A stretch of 64,000 bases of DNA. It comes from Octopus vulgaris (taxonomy: Eukaryota). Positions 13,902-27,772 of this stretch are shown in pieces. The stretch spans positions 1,240,001 through 1,304,000 of the forward strand of contig OX597839.1 of assembly GCA_951406725.2 (NCBI GenBank), written 5' to 3'. Within the stretch, counting starts at the first letter, position 1. Every line of letters starts with the position of its first letter. The notes below the pieces were generated by a model. It had not been told where the DNA came from and did no database searches. It was given only the letters and a program-made list of their open reading frames with translations. A program made the position numbers and the translations under genes.

Positions 13902-14400
13902 TATGTTTTAACTTTTGCATTACATTTGCCCAAGTTGGCTCCAAGTCTCCCCCAGAGACCTCAAGAGACAACAAGTTGGAAGTTCGTGTTGGTGTTATGC
14001 CTAGGGTGCCATATATTTGGTTTTGTACTTAGTGTTGTACTAGTGAATGTCTACAAAAACCATACGAAAATTATGTTTGTTTTAAAACTTGAGATTACAT
14101 AGAAAGTATTTTACGTAGGATATGAGCAGTTTCCATGAGCACAATCTTTTGAATTTCTGCCATTTTGGGGTTTCCTGGTATCTGAGTTAGTTAGTAATCA
14201 GCCCCTTTTGCTATCATACCCAGGGTACCCATGACAACAGCAATTGTTTTAGTGTTCACGTTCCACATTTTGCTGATTTCTATTTCCAGATCTTTATATT
14301 TGCTCAGTTTCTGGTAGATCCTGACATATCGATTGGGACAGTCATATTAATGAGTAGGCATGTTTTTTATCTGAAGTCTTTTACTATGATGTCTGGCCTT
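13900..14400 (-). mobile_element. R4/Dong-like LINE 3' end (RLE domain)
   Basis: Minus strand reads RPDII..KLSKYKDLEIEISKMWN..GTLG. Flanked on both sides by (TAA)n. Confidence 0.75.
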
Positions 14401-14417
14401 ATTATTATTATTATTAT

Positions 14418-14481
<64 letters not shown>

Positions 14482-14547
14482 GTTGTTGTTGTTGTTGTTG
14501 TTGTTGTTATTATTAATATTATTATTATTATCATTATTATTTTTCAG

Positions 14548-16455
14548 TAGTTTTACTTTTATAGTGTGCTTTCACTTCACTACCGAGCGCAGCTCTGTGT
14601 GCCTTGGGTATGTGCTGTGATTTGTTGTGATGCTCTGATGGTTATTGTATGGAAAGTGTTCTGCGTAGGATGTGTGCAGTGCCTAGTAGTGCAATTTTCT
14701 GTATGTTATATGTGTTTGTAAGTCCTGGTGTTTTTGTTATGTATTTGTCTGAATATTTTTTATCATGCCTAATACACCTACTATGATAGGAACTGTTTCT
14801 GTTTTTAGATTCCACATTCTGGTTACCTCTATTTCCAGGTCTTTGTATTTTGAAAGTTTCTCCACTTCTTTTAGAGACACGTTGTCATCTGCCGGTATTG
14901 ATACATCAATTAGAAAGCATTTTTTCTTCTTCATGATCCCTGACAACTATATCTGGTCTGTTGGCCTTAATTTCTCTATCTTTGTGTCTCGGCATATCCC
15001 AGAGTATGGTTGCTTTCTCGTTTTCTGTGACCTTTTCTGGTGTGTGCCTATACCATCTTTTTTCTGTTATAATTCCATAATGTTGGCATAGCTTCAAGTG
15101 TATGTAAGTTCCACCTCTGTCATGTCTGTGAATATATTCCTTCTTAGCCAGGACTGGGCAGCCAGAGATAATATGATTTATTGTTTCTTGTCCATCTCCA
15201 CATATTCTGCAGTTACTAGTTATATTTCTTTTCATTACATGTTTTTGGTAATTTCTGGTGGGGAGGCTTTGGTCTTGTGCTGCAATTAAACATCCCTCTG
15301 TCTCTGCTTTGAGTACTGAGCTTCTCAACCATTGCTTGGATTTTTCTTTGTCTATTTCTTTTGCGTTTAGTTTAGTGCAGTATTTACCATGAAGGGGCTT
15401 TTCTTGCCACCGTTTTATCATGGTTCGTTGCTGTTCTATTTTTAGTTTGGATTTCATTTGTTTTATAGCTTTTGTTACTTCTTCATCTTCTTCTTCTTCT
15501 TTTTCATATTTATTAGGTGGTATGATTTCTTGTTTGTATTTGTCAGCTTCCTTAAATACTGAGAACAGTTTTTTGTTTTGATCGTGTTTTGCCGCTATTT
15601 GTATCAGTTTTCCTTCCTTCTGAAGTAGATATTTTTGCAGTCCCATGGTGGTTATATTATAGTAGTTTTCCAGCTGTATAAGGCCTCTACCACCTTCTAT
15701 ACGTTGTATATATAGTCTTTCTATGTCAGATTTTGGGTGATGCATCCTAGATCCTGTCATTATTTTTCTTGTTTTCCTATCTATTTTGGTCAGTTCATTT
15801 AGTGTCCAGTTGAGGATATTGTAGTTGTAACTTATAACTGGGACAGCAAAAGTGTTAATACCTATTATCTTGTTTTTAGCATTGGGCTCTGTTTTTAGTA
15901 TTGATCTAACTCGTCTCTAATATTCATTTTTTATTTTCCCTTTCATTTGTGTGTGTTGTGTCTTATCTAGTTCATGGATTCCTAAATATTTGTAAGTTTG
16001 GCTTTGGTCTAATTCTTTTATTTCATTGGTTTTATCTAGTGTGATGCTGCTACTCTTAACTAGTTTTCCTCTTTTCAGGGTTACTTTGGCGCATTTTTCT
16101 AATCCAAATTTCATATCTATTTCTTTGGTAAATCCATGAACTGTCTTTAATAGTGTTTCCAGCTGTTTGTCATTTGCAGGGTATAGTTTTAGGTCATCCA
16201 TATATAAATGGTGGCTGATCGTTTTGCCGTAACATTTATATCCGCATCCAGTTCTATTTAGCAAATCAGATAGAGGTGACAGTGCCAAGCAGAAAAGGAA
16301 TGGAGAGAGCGTGTCTCCCTGGAATATTCCTCTTCTAATGGGGATGGCTTTGGTTTTCATGAGTCCCTCTTTTGTTTGGAGCTGTAGCACTGTTTGCCAT
16401 TTATTCATAGAGTGCCCTATGAATTTTATAATTGTTGGTGCTACTTTGTTAATGT
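14548..16455 (-). mobile_element. 5'-truncated R4/Dong-like non-LTR retrotransposon (RT + CCHC + restriction-like endonuclease)
   Basis: ORFs 15917-16408 (RGIFQGDTLSP, LYMDDLKL), 14906-15760 (GGRGL, CRICG..ETINHIISGC, RHD, RPDIV) and 14737-14946 (KLSKYKDL). Embedded in (TAA)n. Confidence 0.9.
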
Positions 16456-16480
16456 CTAGTGTTTCGGGCCATTATTATTA

Positions 16481-16539
<59 letters not shown>

Positions 16540-16546
16540 GTTATTA

Positions 16547-16596
<50 letters not shown>

Positions 16597-16600
16597 GTTA

Positions 16601-16662
<62 letters not shown>

Positions 16663-16667
16663 TATTA

Positions 16668-16726
<59 letters not shown>

Positions 16727-16861
16727 GTTATTATTATTATTAGAAGAAGAAGAAGAAGAAGAAGAAGAACTTCATAACATATTTTCTTTTTCCTGTGTCA
16801 TTTCTTTTTCTTGCAAACGTGCATGTATACACAAATGCATTAAAATACACACCTACATACA

Positions 16862-16934
<73 letters not shown>

Positions 16935-17538
16935 GTGTGTGTGTAAACTTCAGAGTATAGAATTATACTGCGCATACGTACGTACGTACTTAAACATGTA
17001 CATATGCATACATGCATGCATGGATACATACACTTAACATATTAAAATGTTCTCCAAAATTATAATAGCTATCATGAGCAGATTTATTGGAAATTACCTA
17101 AATAGTAGAGCGAGATGTAATGCAGTGACTGGAATATTTTGTTCTCGTCAAGACAGAATTTTGAGTTACAGGAATTAATTTCTCTGAACGTTGCGTCAGT
17201 ATATGTAGCTCTCTCTCTCTTTGCATGTCAAATTAAATGTGTTTCTACGAATGAGGATGTAATATAAAAGTAAGAGAATGAGAAAGAGTCGGTGGTGGTA
17301 AGTCTGTTGCTTGTTTCTTGTTGTTGTCATGCATTGGTTTGGCTTTCACTTAGGGCCGCGCCTAACAGTGTTTGTGCTGTTATTGTGTTCGTGTCGGTAT
17401 TAGAGCGGCGTGTATGACATAGTCTGCACAAGGAGCGGTGTTTTTGCGCAGTATATTTCTGTATTCTGCAGTTTACACATACAACACTCACACACACTCA
17501 CTCAGATTGATAGATAGACAGATAGATAGATAGGTTGG

Positions 17539-17581
<43 letters not shown>

Positions 17582-17586
17582 GTAGG

Positions 17587-17672
<86 letters not shown>

Positions 17673-17859
17673 TGTAGGTGTGTGTTCTAGTACATTTGTG
17701 TGTGTGCGTGTGTGTGTGTGCGTATGTGTGTGTGTGTGTGTGTGCGCGCTTGCATGCCTGCAAGAAAAGGAGATGACACAGGAAAAAGAAAGCATTTGGT
17801 ATGAACTTTATAACCTTACAACCATTTCTACTGTACGCTGAAGAGAATGAAAACAGACA

Positions 17860-18210
17860 AACTCTTGAAATTCAAAAGACTATTGAACAGCGTCAACCCA
17901 AACATACAGTTCAAAATGGAATACAACCAAAAGGAGCTACCATTTTGGATATACTAATTTAAAAAATAAACCTAAAAATAGAAACAGGCGTATTTTACAA
18001 AACCACAGACGCCAAACAATATCTACTGTTTAATCCATGCCACCCAAGACACACCAAAACAAACATCCCCTTCAACCTTGCAAAAAGTATATGCACAATA
18101 GTGTCAGAAAAAATACCAGAGACTTTTGACTGTAAGAACTCAAAAACACCCTGATTGACAGACACTACTCAATTCAACACATAGAGGATGGAATCGGACG
18201 TGTAACACAA
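17860..18210 (+). mobile_element. Penelope-like RT thumb fragment
   Basis: LNSVNPNIQFKME..LPF.D..FYKTTD..YL.FNPCHP.HTK.NIPF, frameshifted. Confidence 0.75.
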
Positions 18211-18339
18211 ATCATTTTTGGTCACTGTTTTTGAACACCTGTAAAAAATTGGAAAAGTAAAAAATAAAACGGATAGGTTTGTTCCACATCAACTGAACGA
18301 GATTAAATTGATTGTATGCATGAGAATTTGAAAAAGAAG

Positions 18340-18727
18340 CAACCCAGACTAGTGAATAGAGATGCTCCACGACAATGCCCGTCCCCACCCTTCCTAAGCT
18401 ACGGCCCAAAAGTTGCAAAACCTGAATTATGAGATTTTGCAACATCGTATTTCCCTGATAGCCCTGCTACTGATCATTACTTATTTGAGCATTTTGAGCT
18501 TTTCATATGCAATAAAACATTCTTAAATAGAGAATAGGTAATTGAAGCATTCGGGCAGTTTACCACAGCAAAAGATGAATTTTGTATTAAAGATGGAATA
18601 TATTACATAGAGAAACGTTGGGTAAACGTCATAAATGAACATGGATCATAGTTTGATCAAATAAATCAGTTTTCTAACAGTTCTGAAACATTTTATTGTT
18701 ACCTTTCAAATGTGAATCAACCTAATA
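18340..18727 (+). mobile_element. Mariner transposase 3' fragment with terminal repeat
   Basis: LHDNARPH, a degenerate SPD..P.D.YLF motif, RW..V, and an end at CAACCTAATA. Confidence 0.75.
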
Positions 18728-19299
18728 TATGTATATATGAAACAACCTAATATATATATATATATATTATTTGTTTATTGTTCTTTTACTTAGGGGCACA
18801 CTTAATAGTGGTGGTGCTGTTTCTGCGTAGTATATTTCTATATTATGTAGAGTGTACATATATACATGTGTGTGTATGCGTGTTTGTGTGTTTGTGTGTG
18901 TGTGTGTGTGTGTATGTGTGTGTGTGTGTGTGTGTGTGTAAAAAGAAACAATAACATGAAAAATAATACTTATGCTATGAACTTCATGCAGCTAAGACCT
19001 GTTTCTGCTATAACATGCAGTGGACTCTAGGCATTAAAATAAGAGTCCACTATATCTCATGGCACAAGCATTTATAAGCTAATGATCTTCATAATAACCC
19101 TTGATTTTCCTGTCATCTCTTTTGCTTATTACCGCTCTATACGTAACACTTGTTCTGGAACATATGTATATTGAATTCTATAACAGGTTATTATCTATGC
19201 AATATATATACGTGAAAAGAAGTTTGTTTCAAAATGTTTTTTTCCGAATTCTAGAAATACTGCTTTGCTTTTATGTTTACATGCTATATTCACTTTGGA

Positions 19300-20685
19300 G
19301 TATGTATTAATTACGTTTTCTCTGAATGCGATAATTTCCAGAGTTTCCTCTAGACAAAAATTGCATACCCGTGAAATTCCGTCATATGGTACATAATTTT
19401 TTATAATAGATCAATGGGTGGTATACTCCTCTCCATTCTTTTTGAGCCTCCAGGCGATGTTTGAGAGTGATTTGGAGTGTTTATATTCTTTATGCTTGGA
19501 GGACGATGTAAGATGGCTACGCAGATGATTTCCATGGTATTTCTGGTGCCACCGATGCGCGCATATTTCTGCGTACCTGCGTTCACATTTGTAAACCACA
19601 TTCTTTATCCTGCTGTTGTTGCTAAAACTGCATTCATCTTTAGTTCTGAAGTTACATGTATTATTATTTCTTCCGTTCTCGCAGCGGTGTTACTACTGGT
19701 GGTTACCCTTCCTCTTCGTCTTGCAATCCTGATTTGACTATCAATTGCGTGGTCTTGTTCAAACCCGTTTTTGATATTCGAGATCCTTTATTTCTTTTAT
19801 TTGCAAATATTCAATCTTCGTACATTGTGCTATTAGCTGCAGCTACTCCATATTTTCACTCGAGTTTTATTGTTTAGTTTTGTAATATCTAGTTTGTTTA
19901 TGTGGTATTCTTGATTGGAAAAGGTCTCGTATGCTAATTTTATATTATTGTTATATTTGGAAGAACTTGAGTGCTTTTCTAATGTTGCGAAAAATTCCTA
20001 AACTATTTTGGATTTAATTTGAGAATTGAAAATTGTGTTAAACTAAATAATTTCAACACTTATTTTCCATTTCTTTTAATATACCTATTGGGTTTGTTTG
20101 TGAATTTTGTTTCCCTGCTTCTATTGTTTTGTTATCATTATTTCTCCCGGCGTTTAACGGTGCCCTTCTTTCTAACTTTGGCTGCTCTTTCGTGAGTTTT
20201 GTTTTATATCTATCCTTCTTAGTGTTATGGTCCTTCTTTTGCCTTTTGACCCCTATTATATTTACTGTTTTTCTAGATTCTGGTACACTGTGGTTATTTA
20301 TATTTTTATCTCTATTATTGATAACGTTCTCTGGGTATCGTGCTTCCTTTGTCTTATTCTTGTATGTATACTATTCTATCCTTATATTCCACCCTAGCTA
20401 ATGCTGAGTTGTAATATATCCGGCGTTCATATAGAATATCTGTTCATCCGGGGATATTTTGCTTCTTGAGGTGATTCACAGTATATGTTCCGGATAGTTG
20501 AATCCTCATCTAACATATTTTAAATTCTCAGCTTATGGAGTTGTTTGAAATTTCCATCTTTAAGTCTAAGCTTAATGTTAAGGAATTTTACCACTCTATG
20601 ATTCTTTTCTATTTCAATTTCCAATCCAAGGTTCTTAAAGAATAAAAAAAAGCAACATTTTCTTGCTTCTTTCTATTTCTTCTTT
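19300..20685 (-). mobile_element. Decayed Penelope-like element (RT end + GIY-YIG)
   Basis: Minus-strand pieces VVYKC, IGGTRN and HSKSLSNIAWRLK, plus an FFKNLGLEIEIE..VKFLN RT remnant; many stops. Confidence 0.65.
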
Positions 20686-21329
20686 GCTACATTTTGCATT
20701 GTGAACAATGCGTCGTTTCTATATAATTCCCCCAGCCTATGCTTAGTGACAGGGAAGTTTGATTCTCGACAAAACTGAAAGGAATGAATCTGTTGTTTCT
20801 ACGAATGCGGATATAATAAAGAGTAAGAGGGTGGTGGAAAGTCTGTTGTTTGTTTCTTGTTGTTTGCCTTGACATGAATTGATTTTGCTTTTACTTAGAG
20901 ACACACCTAGTATTGTCGTGTTGTTATTGTTTGCACGGTAGCACCAGGGCGGCGTGTATGTCATAGTTTGCACTAGAAATGGTGTTTTTGCGCAGAGTAT
21001 ATATAGTTTTACTTCGGGGTTGGGAAGGGTAGTTTGAAGGTGCATCCCATGGCCATGCATGGTGGGGTGGGGGTGTATCCTGACGGTGTACAAACATTTT
21101 GAATTAAAACGTTCAGCAGCTGCTATAGATTGTTTGCAGAGCAATTTAATACATTGATTGATGGAACAGAAGAAATTCCAGGAGGATCGACCAAAGAACG
21201 GACAGTGTCGTGCTTGAAGGATGTATCGACAGGAAATTCTGTCGACAATTTCTTCCTTCCTTTATTTCTTGAAGTTGCTGTCAGGCGGGATTGCAGAAGA
21301 AATGTAGAAATTTCTTGATGATAGTGACA

Positions 21330-23035
21330 TTTTACCAATGGTACAAAGAGGTTGTTGGAGGGGATGCAGAGGTACCAAAGACCAATTATTGATAGACAAA
21401 ATGCCAGATTGTAAACGGAGTACAAATTCTGGAATAACCTAAATTGATTACCACACGATTATGACATGATTCCACGTCCGTGATCATTGAGTGCTTATAT
21501 ATGTTTGGAATTGCAAGGAACGTAACGTTTTCCGAAAAGAACTATGGATAGTGGAAATCTGAATTGACATCGTACAGGCAAATCTTGGGCATCTTCAGTA
21601 CCAGGAGAGATTTTTCCAAGTAAATAACGTTTCTCTGTTGCTTTTTGTATGTTGGTGCTGAGGAAAATGAACCTGGAATATCAGTTAAAGTGAAGGTCTC
21701 AAACAGTCAACCACCTCCTCTTCATGGATTATTTGAAACTGAATGGCTTGGATGAGGCACAAGTGAGTTCTTTGGTAAACACAGTTCACTTTTTTAATAC
21801 TGCTATTAAAATGAAATTCGGACACGAGAAGTGTGTAATAATAAAACTGAAAAGTGTCAAGCTACACGCTCTGACAGGGATAGAATTACCTAACAGAGAA
21901 GTGATTAAGCAAATTGTTAAGGAAGACTATAGATACCTTGTCATGCTAGAGTCAAACTAAATCATAGAAAAGAAAATGAAAGAACAGCTAAGGAAAGAAT
22001 ATTTTAGAAGGCTAAGGTTGGAGTTGCGCTCAGAATTGATTGGATGGTATAAAAGCCAAACAGTGAATACATGGGCGATAGCATAGCTTCGGTATGGAAC
22101 TTGAATCATAAACTGGCAAATATAAGAATTGATGTGTATGGATACGAATACACGAAAACTGTTGGCAACGCACGGAGCATTGCATCCAAGAGTGACGCTG
22201 ATAGGTTATACTTGCATACTTGTCCAGAAGAAAGGATTGGAGAAGTTTGATTAGTTATCGTGATTGTGTCGAAGCAACAGAAAACAGATTAGGTTGTATA
22301 TAATAAAATGCCATGAAACCATTGCTAGAACATGTGAAGAAGTCCAGTATCATCAAAATTGATAATTGTGCTTAGAAAGAAAAATTCAAAGAGGAAAAGG
22401 ACACAAAAAACGAAATGGTATGGAAAGAGAAATAATGTACTGCTATTTTGCATGACGAGGCAGATAGAGAAGGCTGGTGGTTATGAATGCGGAGGTGTGA
22501 CCTGAACACAGAAACAAGAACAAGTATTAAGGACAAACTATGTGAAGTGCAAAAATGATAACACAACTGAGAGCGACAAATGCAGACCGTGTGGTGTGAG
22601 AGGTGAAGCAGTATAGCACGTTGTTAGTGGATGCCCGACATTGGCACAACGTAGTTACAAAAGATGACATAACAACGTTGCAGGAATGATCCATTGGGAG
22701 CTCTGTGGAGATTATGGCCAAGAAACATCAGAGAGGTAGTATGATCAAACCTTAGAAGGAGTTTCTGAGAATGATTGCAAACTCCTGTGGGATGCAATAA
22801 TGCGGTGTAATCATCAGGTTAAATGTCGTAAATCTGAGATTGGTTGGACACAGGTTGTGGAAAAATGGAGGAAGTGGACGTAATAACAATAGTGATTGGT
22901 GCGCTTATAATATCAGCACTCAACTACCAACGTGGCTCAAAAAGATTGGTACAAATGTAGAGAGAGAACACTTACAAAACTCATCATTGCTTGTAATAGC
23001 AAGAGCTTTTCAAGAGCTCTTGAAGCATTATCGGT
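21330..23035 (+). mobile_element. Highly decayed R4/Dong-like LINE
   Basis: NHLLFMDYLKL, MKFGHEKC, YRYL and a terminal HLQNSSLL..AR. Confidence 0.7.
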
Positions 23036-23924
23036 AATTGTCATTTTAATCTGATAGCTGTGGGATGTGGGACACTCAGTTAGATACACCAAGTACTTAA
23101 GTGGTACTTATTTAATCAAAAAGACGAAGAAAGTCACACAGAAATTGACCCAACAGAACTACATGATCTAAAATATCAAATCATGATTGAATGGCTGAAA
23201 ATTAAGGAAACCAGTGCGAATGAACTTCGCATTTCTAACCAAAACCTGAAAGTAATTTGTGAAATCCGCCTTGCACTTAAGGATATAATTTCAACTAATG
23301 ATGTTGATATTACACATTTCAACCACCTGTACTTTGCATCCGAGAAAATCTCAGCGATTCTATGTGGTGAAAAGATTAGAAAACGACAACATTCCCACAA
23401 AAGCCTACTTGGCAAGAGCGTATTCAATACCAGAATCAGCTAAATAGGTCTGACATAGAATGTTTAGAAACCCTTACGTTTGACAAAACTATCAAACCAA
23501 CAAAAATCCGAAAATTAAAGAAAACATATAATATTAAAACTATACTTGACATCAATACCGCCATAGAAACTATCAATCAAAAGGGATGTGCTAAGGTATG
23601 AAAAGCGCATTAGATACTTCAAGGACAACAACATACTCAAAACTAGCACCAAACAATGTGCAGAAGCTACCTTTATCAAGGGAAAATTAACAGAAACATC
23701 CGATGTTAATCTTCACTAGCAGAATGTCATAAAGGAGTTAGAACCAGCGGAGAGCTCCAATACCTAAGGGTATTTGAAGGGGACGGAATCAAACATTCAG
23801 TGATGAGGAAAGAATCAGAAGTTGTAGCATCTGTCAGGCGGCTCCGTCCTGGGCAAGTCGTTTTCTCGGCAAGTCGCTTTCTTCAAGGAATGCGATTAAA
23901 TTCTTTCTGACTATTCATTCTGAC

Positions 23925-24810
23925 TTTGCTGGCGTGTGAGGTTAAAGAGATAGGCCTATAATTTTGGTATTTGCTATGCGTCCTCCTCTATGGACTGGGC
24001 ATAATATTCCCTCCTTCAGTTTGCTTGGCATAGTGTCATTTGCAAGGAAAGTCTGGATGAGAATCTCTAGTGGTTTTGCCAGGGCAAGTTTGCACGGTTT
24101 GAGGAGGGTTGCTTGAAAACCATCGGATCCAGCAGCTGAGTTTGCGTCCACCTCACATATGGCTAGTATTACATCTTCCCTAATATCGATGTATCCATGG
24201 TAACTACCTCGCCGGTTATAGGTGAGGCGGCAAAGATATCTGTTGGCTCGTTCACTTATCTACGTTCAAACGGGGTAAAGACACTTTTGAACTGGTCATT
24301 CAATACTTCATTGGTCCTTATTGGATTGCCTGTGAGGAAGCCGTCCTTCTGGAAGAGGGTTCCTATTTTGCAAAGCACTGAGGCTGTTCCTTTGGTATAA
24401 TGAAAGAAAGCCTTTGGTTTTGACTTGATGCTTTTTATAACACAGGCTTCTTTGTCTGAACTCTCTTCTTCACATAAAATTGTTGTAGGCTTTTTTCAAT
24501 ATCCATCAGTGTTGTTTTTAGGCGGGTGCTTTCACTACTTTTGGGATGTTGGTTGAAGTGATTTGCAATCTTCGTCCCTCGTCTCATGACGATCTACTTC
24601 TCCCTTACAATCTCGTTTTCTTTTTTGTTGGCCTTGAGCTCTGGGACATATTCGTAGTATATAGCTTGCATAACAGACACGATATACTCTAGTTTCATGC
24701 TGATATCATGTGTGGAGAGACATTTCGGCCAGTCCTGTCTGAGGATCTAAGTTTGGATCGATATCTAGTCTGCTTTGTGAAAATTCAGACAGAAGAGAAT
24801 TTGGGTGCTT
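23925..24810 (-). mobile_element. CR1/L2/Jockey-group LINE ORF2 fragment
   Basis: SAAGSDGF..LLKPC..LAKPL..PSKLKEGILCPVHRGG leading to an NYRPISL-type RT start. Confidence 0.7.
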
Positions 24811-24941
24811 CCTTTAGGCTGTATATCTGTATATACATTTGACCCATACATACACAGCTCTATTATGTTGTGATCCGAAACTAATGTCAGCGTCACGTTC
24901 ACATGATGAACGATGTCAATATTATATATATATATATGTAT

Positions 24942-24983
<42 letters not shown>

Positions 24984-25212
24984 TTAATCAATATAGGGTG
25001 GCAAAAAAAAAAATTTTGTAGAATTCCTTTTGCCACCAGCGGCCTAGTGGGAAAAAATTAAATAGTCATAGACCATTTTTAAGTTCAACATCAACAATCA
25101 AGGAACGGCCATAATAGGCCATTCACCCACTAGAAATAACAGCCAAAGCTTCAACCGCAAATAAAGATTAATTCCGTAAACAGAAGAAAATTTAAAAAAC
25201 ATTTACCCTGTA

Positions 25213-25319
25213 ATTTCTTGTACGATGCACCGTTTCATCTGCTGTTTAATGGTAAACTAACCTGATTAAATTAAATCAAGCCAATCTTCCATAGGCCCTC
25301 AGATTCTTCAGCAAGAAAT
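25213..25319 (-). ncRNA. Type I hammerhead ribozyme (family B, extended helix II)
   Basis: Reverse complement of the 26247-26353 motif; core intact. Confidence 0.85.
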
Positions 25320-26246
25320 AGCCAAGTCGGAACAGATATTTTCACGAGGCATTTCCGACCCTGCCAAGGCAATATCTGACCTAAAATTTTCAAATCGTCG
25401 CACTCGCGCCAAATTTATCGGCAGCAAATAAATATAAGCCGTCGATTCCATTACGGAATTAACCAGAAAATTCATAATTAATCAATATAGGGTGGCAAAA
25501 AAAATTTTGTAGAATTCCTTTTGCCACCAGCGGCCTAGTGGGAAAAAATTAAATAGTCATAGACCATTTTTAAGTTCAACATCAACAATCAAGGAACGGC
25601 CATAATAGGCCATTCACCCACTAGAAATAACAGCCAAAGCCTCAACCGCAAATAAAGATTAATTCCGTAAACAGGAGAAAATTTAAAAAACATTTACCCT
25701 GTAATTTCTTGTACGATGCACCGTTTAATCTGCTGTTTAATGGTAAACTAACCTGATTAAATTAAATCAAGCCAATCTTCCATAGGCCCTCAGATTCTTC
25801 AGCAATTTAATCAGGTTAGTTTACCATTAAACAGCAGATGAAACGGTGCATCGTACAAGAAATTACAGGGTAAATGTTTTTTAAATTTTCTCCTGTTTAC
25901 GGAATTAATCTTTATTTGCGGTTGAAGCTTTGGCTGTTATTTCTAGTGGGTGAATGGCCTATTATGGCCGTTCCTTGATTGTTGATGTTGAACTTAAAAA
26001 TGGTCTATGACTATTTAATTTTTTCCCACTAGGCCGCTGGTGGCAAAAGGAATTCTACAAAATTTTTTTGCCACCCTATATTGATTAATTATGAATTTTC
26101 TGGTTAATTCCGTAATGGAATCGACGGCTTATATTTATTTGCTGCCGATAAATTTGGCGCGAGTGCGACGATTTGAAAATTTTAGGTCAGATATTGCCTT
26201 GGCAGGGTCGGAAATGCCTCGTGAAAATATCTGTTCCGACTTGGCT

Positions 26247-26353
26247 ATTTCTTGCTGAAGAATCTGAGGGCCTATGGAAGATTGGCTTGATTTAATTTAA
26301 TCAGGTTAGTTTACCATTAAACAGCAGATGAAACGGTGCATCGTACAAGAAAT
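26247..26353 (+). ncRNA. Type I hammerhead ribozyme (family B, extended helix II)
   Basis: ATTTCTTG-CTGAAGA-ATCTG..~58 nt..CAGAT-GAAA-CGGTGCATCG-TA-CAAGAAAT. 8-bp helix I, GUA triplet. Confidence 0.85.
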
Positions 26354-26807
26354 TACAGGGTAAATGTTTTTTAAATTTTCTCCTGTTTACGGAATTAATC
26401 TTTATTTGCGGTTGAAGCTTTGGCTGTTATTTCTAGTGGGTGAATGGCCTATTATGGCCGTTCCTTGATTGTTGATGGTATACATATATATATATATATA
26501 CATATACATACATATATATATACATATATATATATATACATATACATATACATATATATATATTTATATATATACATATATATATATATATGTGTGTGTG
26601 TCTAATGTAGGATAAAAGTTTTTTCGAAAAACATTTTATCAATGGCCAGCATATTAAAAAATACCTTTAAAGGTTAAATTATAAACAACTTATAAATAAG
26701 GGCAAACGAAAACATCTCTAATGCCAAATATTCCGAAAATTGGACATAATGTCCATTTACCATATAATTTTTTTAGGTCGACAGAAATCTCTAAAAAATT
26801 CCATTAT

Positions 26808-26866
26808 TACCATATCGGACCGATTTCAGGGTTAGTTCAAAAAGAACCCTCCCTTCGTCAGTGATA
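26808..26866 (-). ncRNA. Type I hammerhead ribozyme (family D)
   Basis: TATCA-CTGACGA-AGGG..CCCT-GAAA-TCGGTCCGA-TA-TGGTA. Confidence 0.8.
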
Positions 26867-27034
26867 CATGTGGCAAAGAAGTAAATGCGATACTTACTCA
26901 TGGAAGAAGCAAACACTAAGTCATGAGCACAACTAAGTACCCCCAAAAATCTAAAATAGAAATAATCGGTCCGATATGGTAATAATGGAATTTTTTAGAG
27001 ATTTCTGTCGACCTTTTTCGAGTAGTGTGCGTAC

Positions 27035-27654
27035 AGTGATTGCATCATCCACACTCTCAACAGTGCGCCTTTAAATATGGTTTCTGATTATAAATATCTT
27101 GGGTCATACATATCATCATCTGGAAAAGACTTTCTAACTAGAAAGGGTATGGCCTGGTCAGCCTGTAATGACATGCATAAGATCTGGTCATCAAATCTCA
27201 GTAGAGACTTCAAACTTGAAATATTCAAAGCCACAATCCAACCAATTCTACTATATGGCTCAGAAACCTGGACGTTATCAAAGAAGCTTGAGAGGCGGTT
27301 GGATGGAACCTACACTCGCCTCCTTATGAGAGCTCAAAATCTCTCGTGGAAGCGCCATCCAACCAAAATGCAAATATATGGGAAATTACCACCTGTGTCA
27401 TCTCTTGTGAAAGGTATGAGAGTCCAGTTTACTGGACATTGTTGTAGAGCCGAAAAAGAAGTAATTTCTACTCTTCTCCTCTGGAAGCCATCTACTCGCA
27501 ATGCCAGAGGGCGCACACTCTCCTACCCTGATGTAATCTCCAGGGATACAGGCATCTAGCAACAGAACCTCCGTAATGCTATGATGGACCGTGAAGTCTT
27601 GTGTAACATAGTAAATTCCATTGTCTCGACCACGGTCGAACAATGATGATGATG
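27035..27654 (+). mobile_element. 5'-truncated RTE-like LINE with target-site duplication
   Basis: ORF 27077-27559 (YKYLGS..LLYGSETW..FTGH), (GAT)n tail, and TSD AGTGTGCGTAC at 27024-27034 and 27655-27665. Confidence 0.9.
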
Positions 27655-27772
27655 AGTGTGCGTACTGGGAAAAAGATTATATGGTAAATGGACAATATGT
27701 CCAATTTTCGGCATATTTGGCATTAGAAATTTTTTCGTTTGCCCTTATTTATAAGTTGTATATATATATATA

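Larger units (their letters stand above)
24984..26477. mobile_element. HHR repeat family B: ~490-bp tandem units, ~1.7 minus then ~1.4 plus
   Basis: Repeats at 25213/25704 (minus) and 25840/26330 (plus). Inversion junction at ~25805. (TA)n on both sides. Confidence 0.9.
26605..27760. mobile_element. Inverted-repeat PLE-like element (family D) interrupted by an RTE insertion
   Basis: ~26685-26825 is the reverse complement of 26964-27015 plus 27670-27760. Confidence 0.75.

Noticed and set aside
18990-19090. Possible minus-strand HHR
   Set aside because: Core reads CTTATAA instead of CTGANGA; too degenerate to call.
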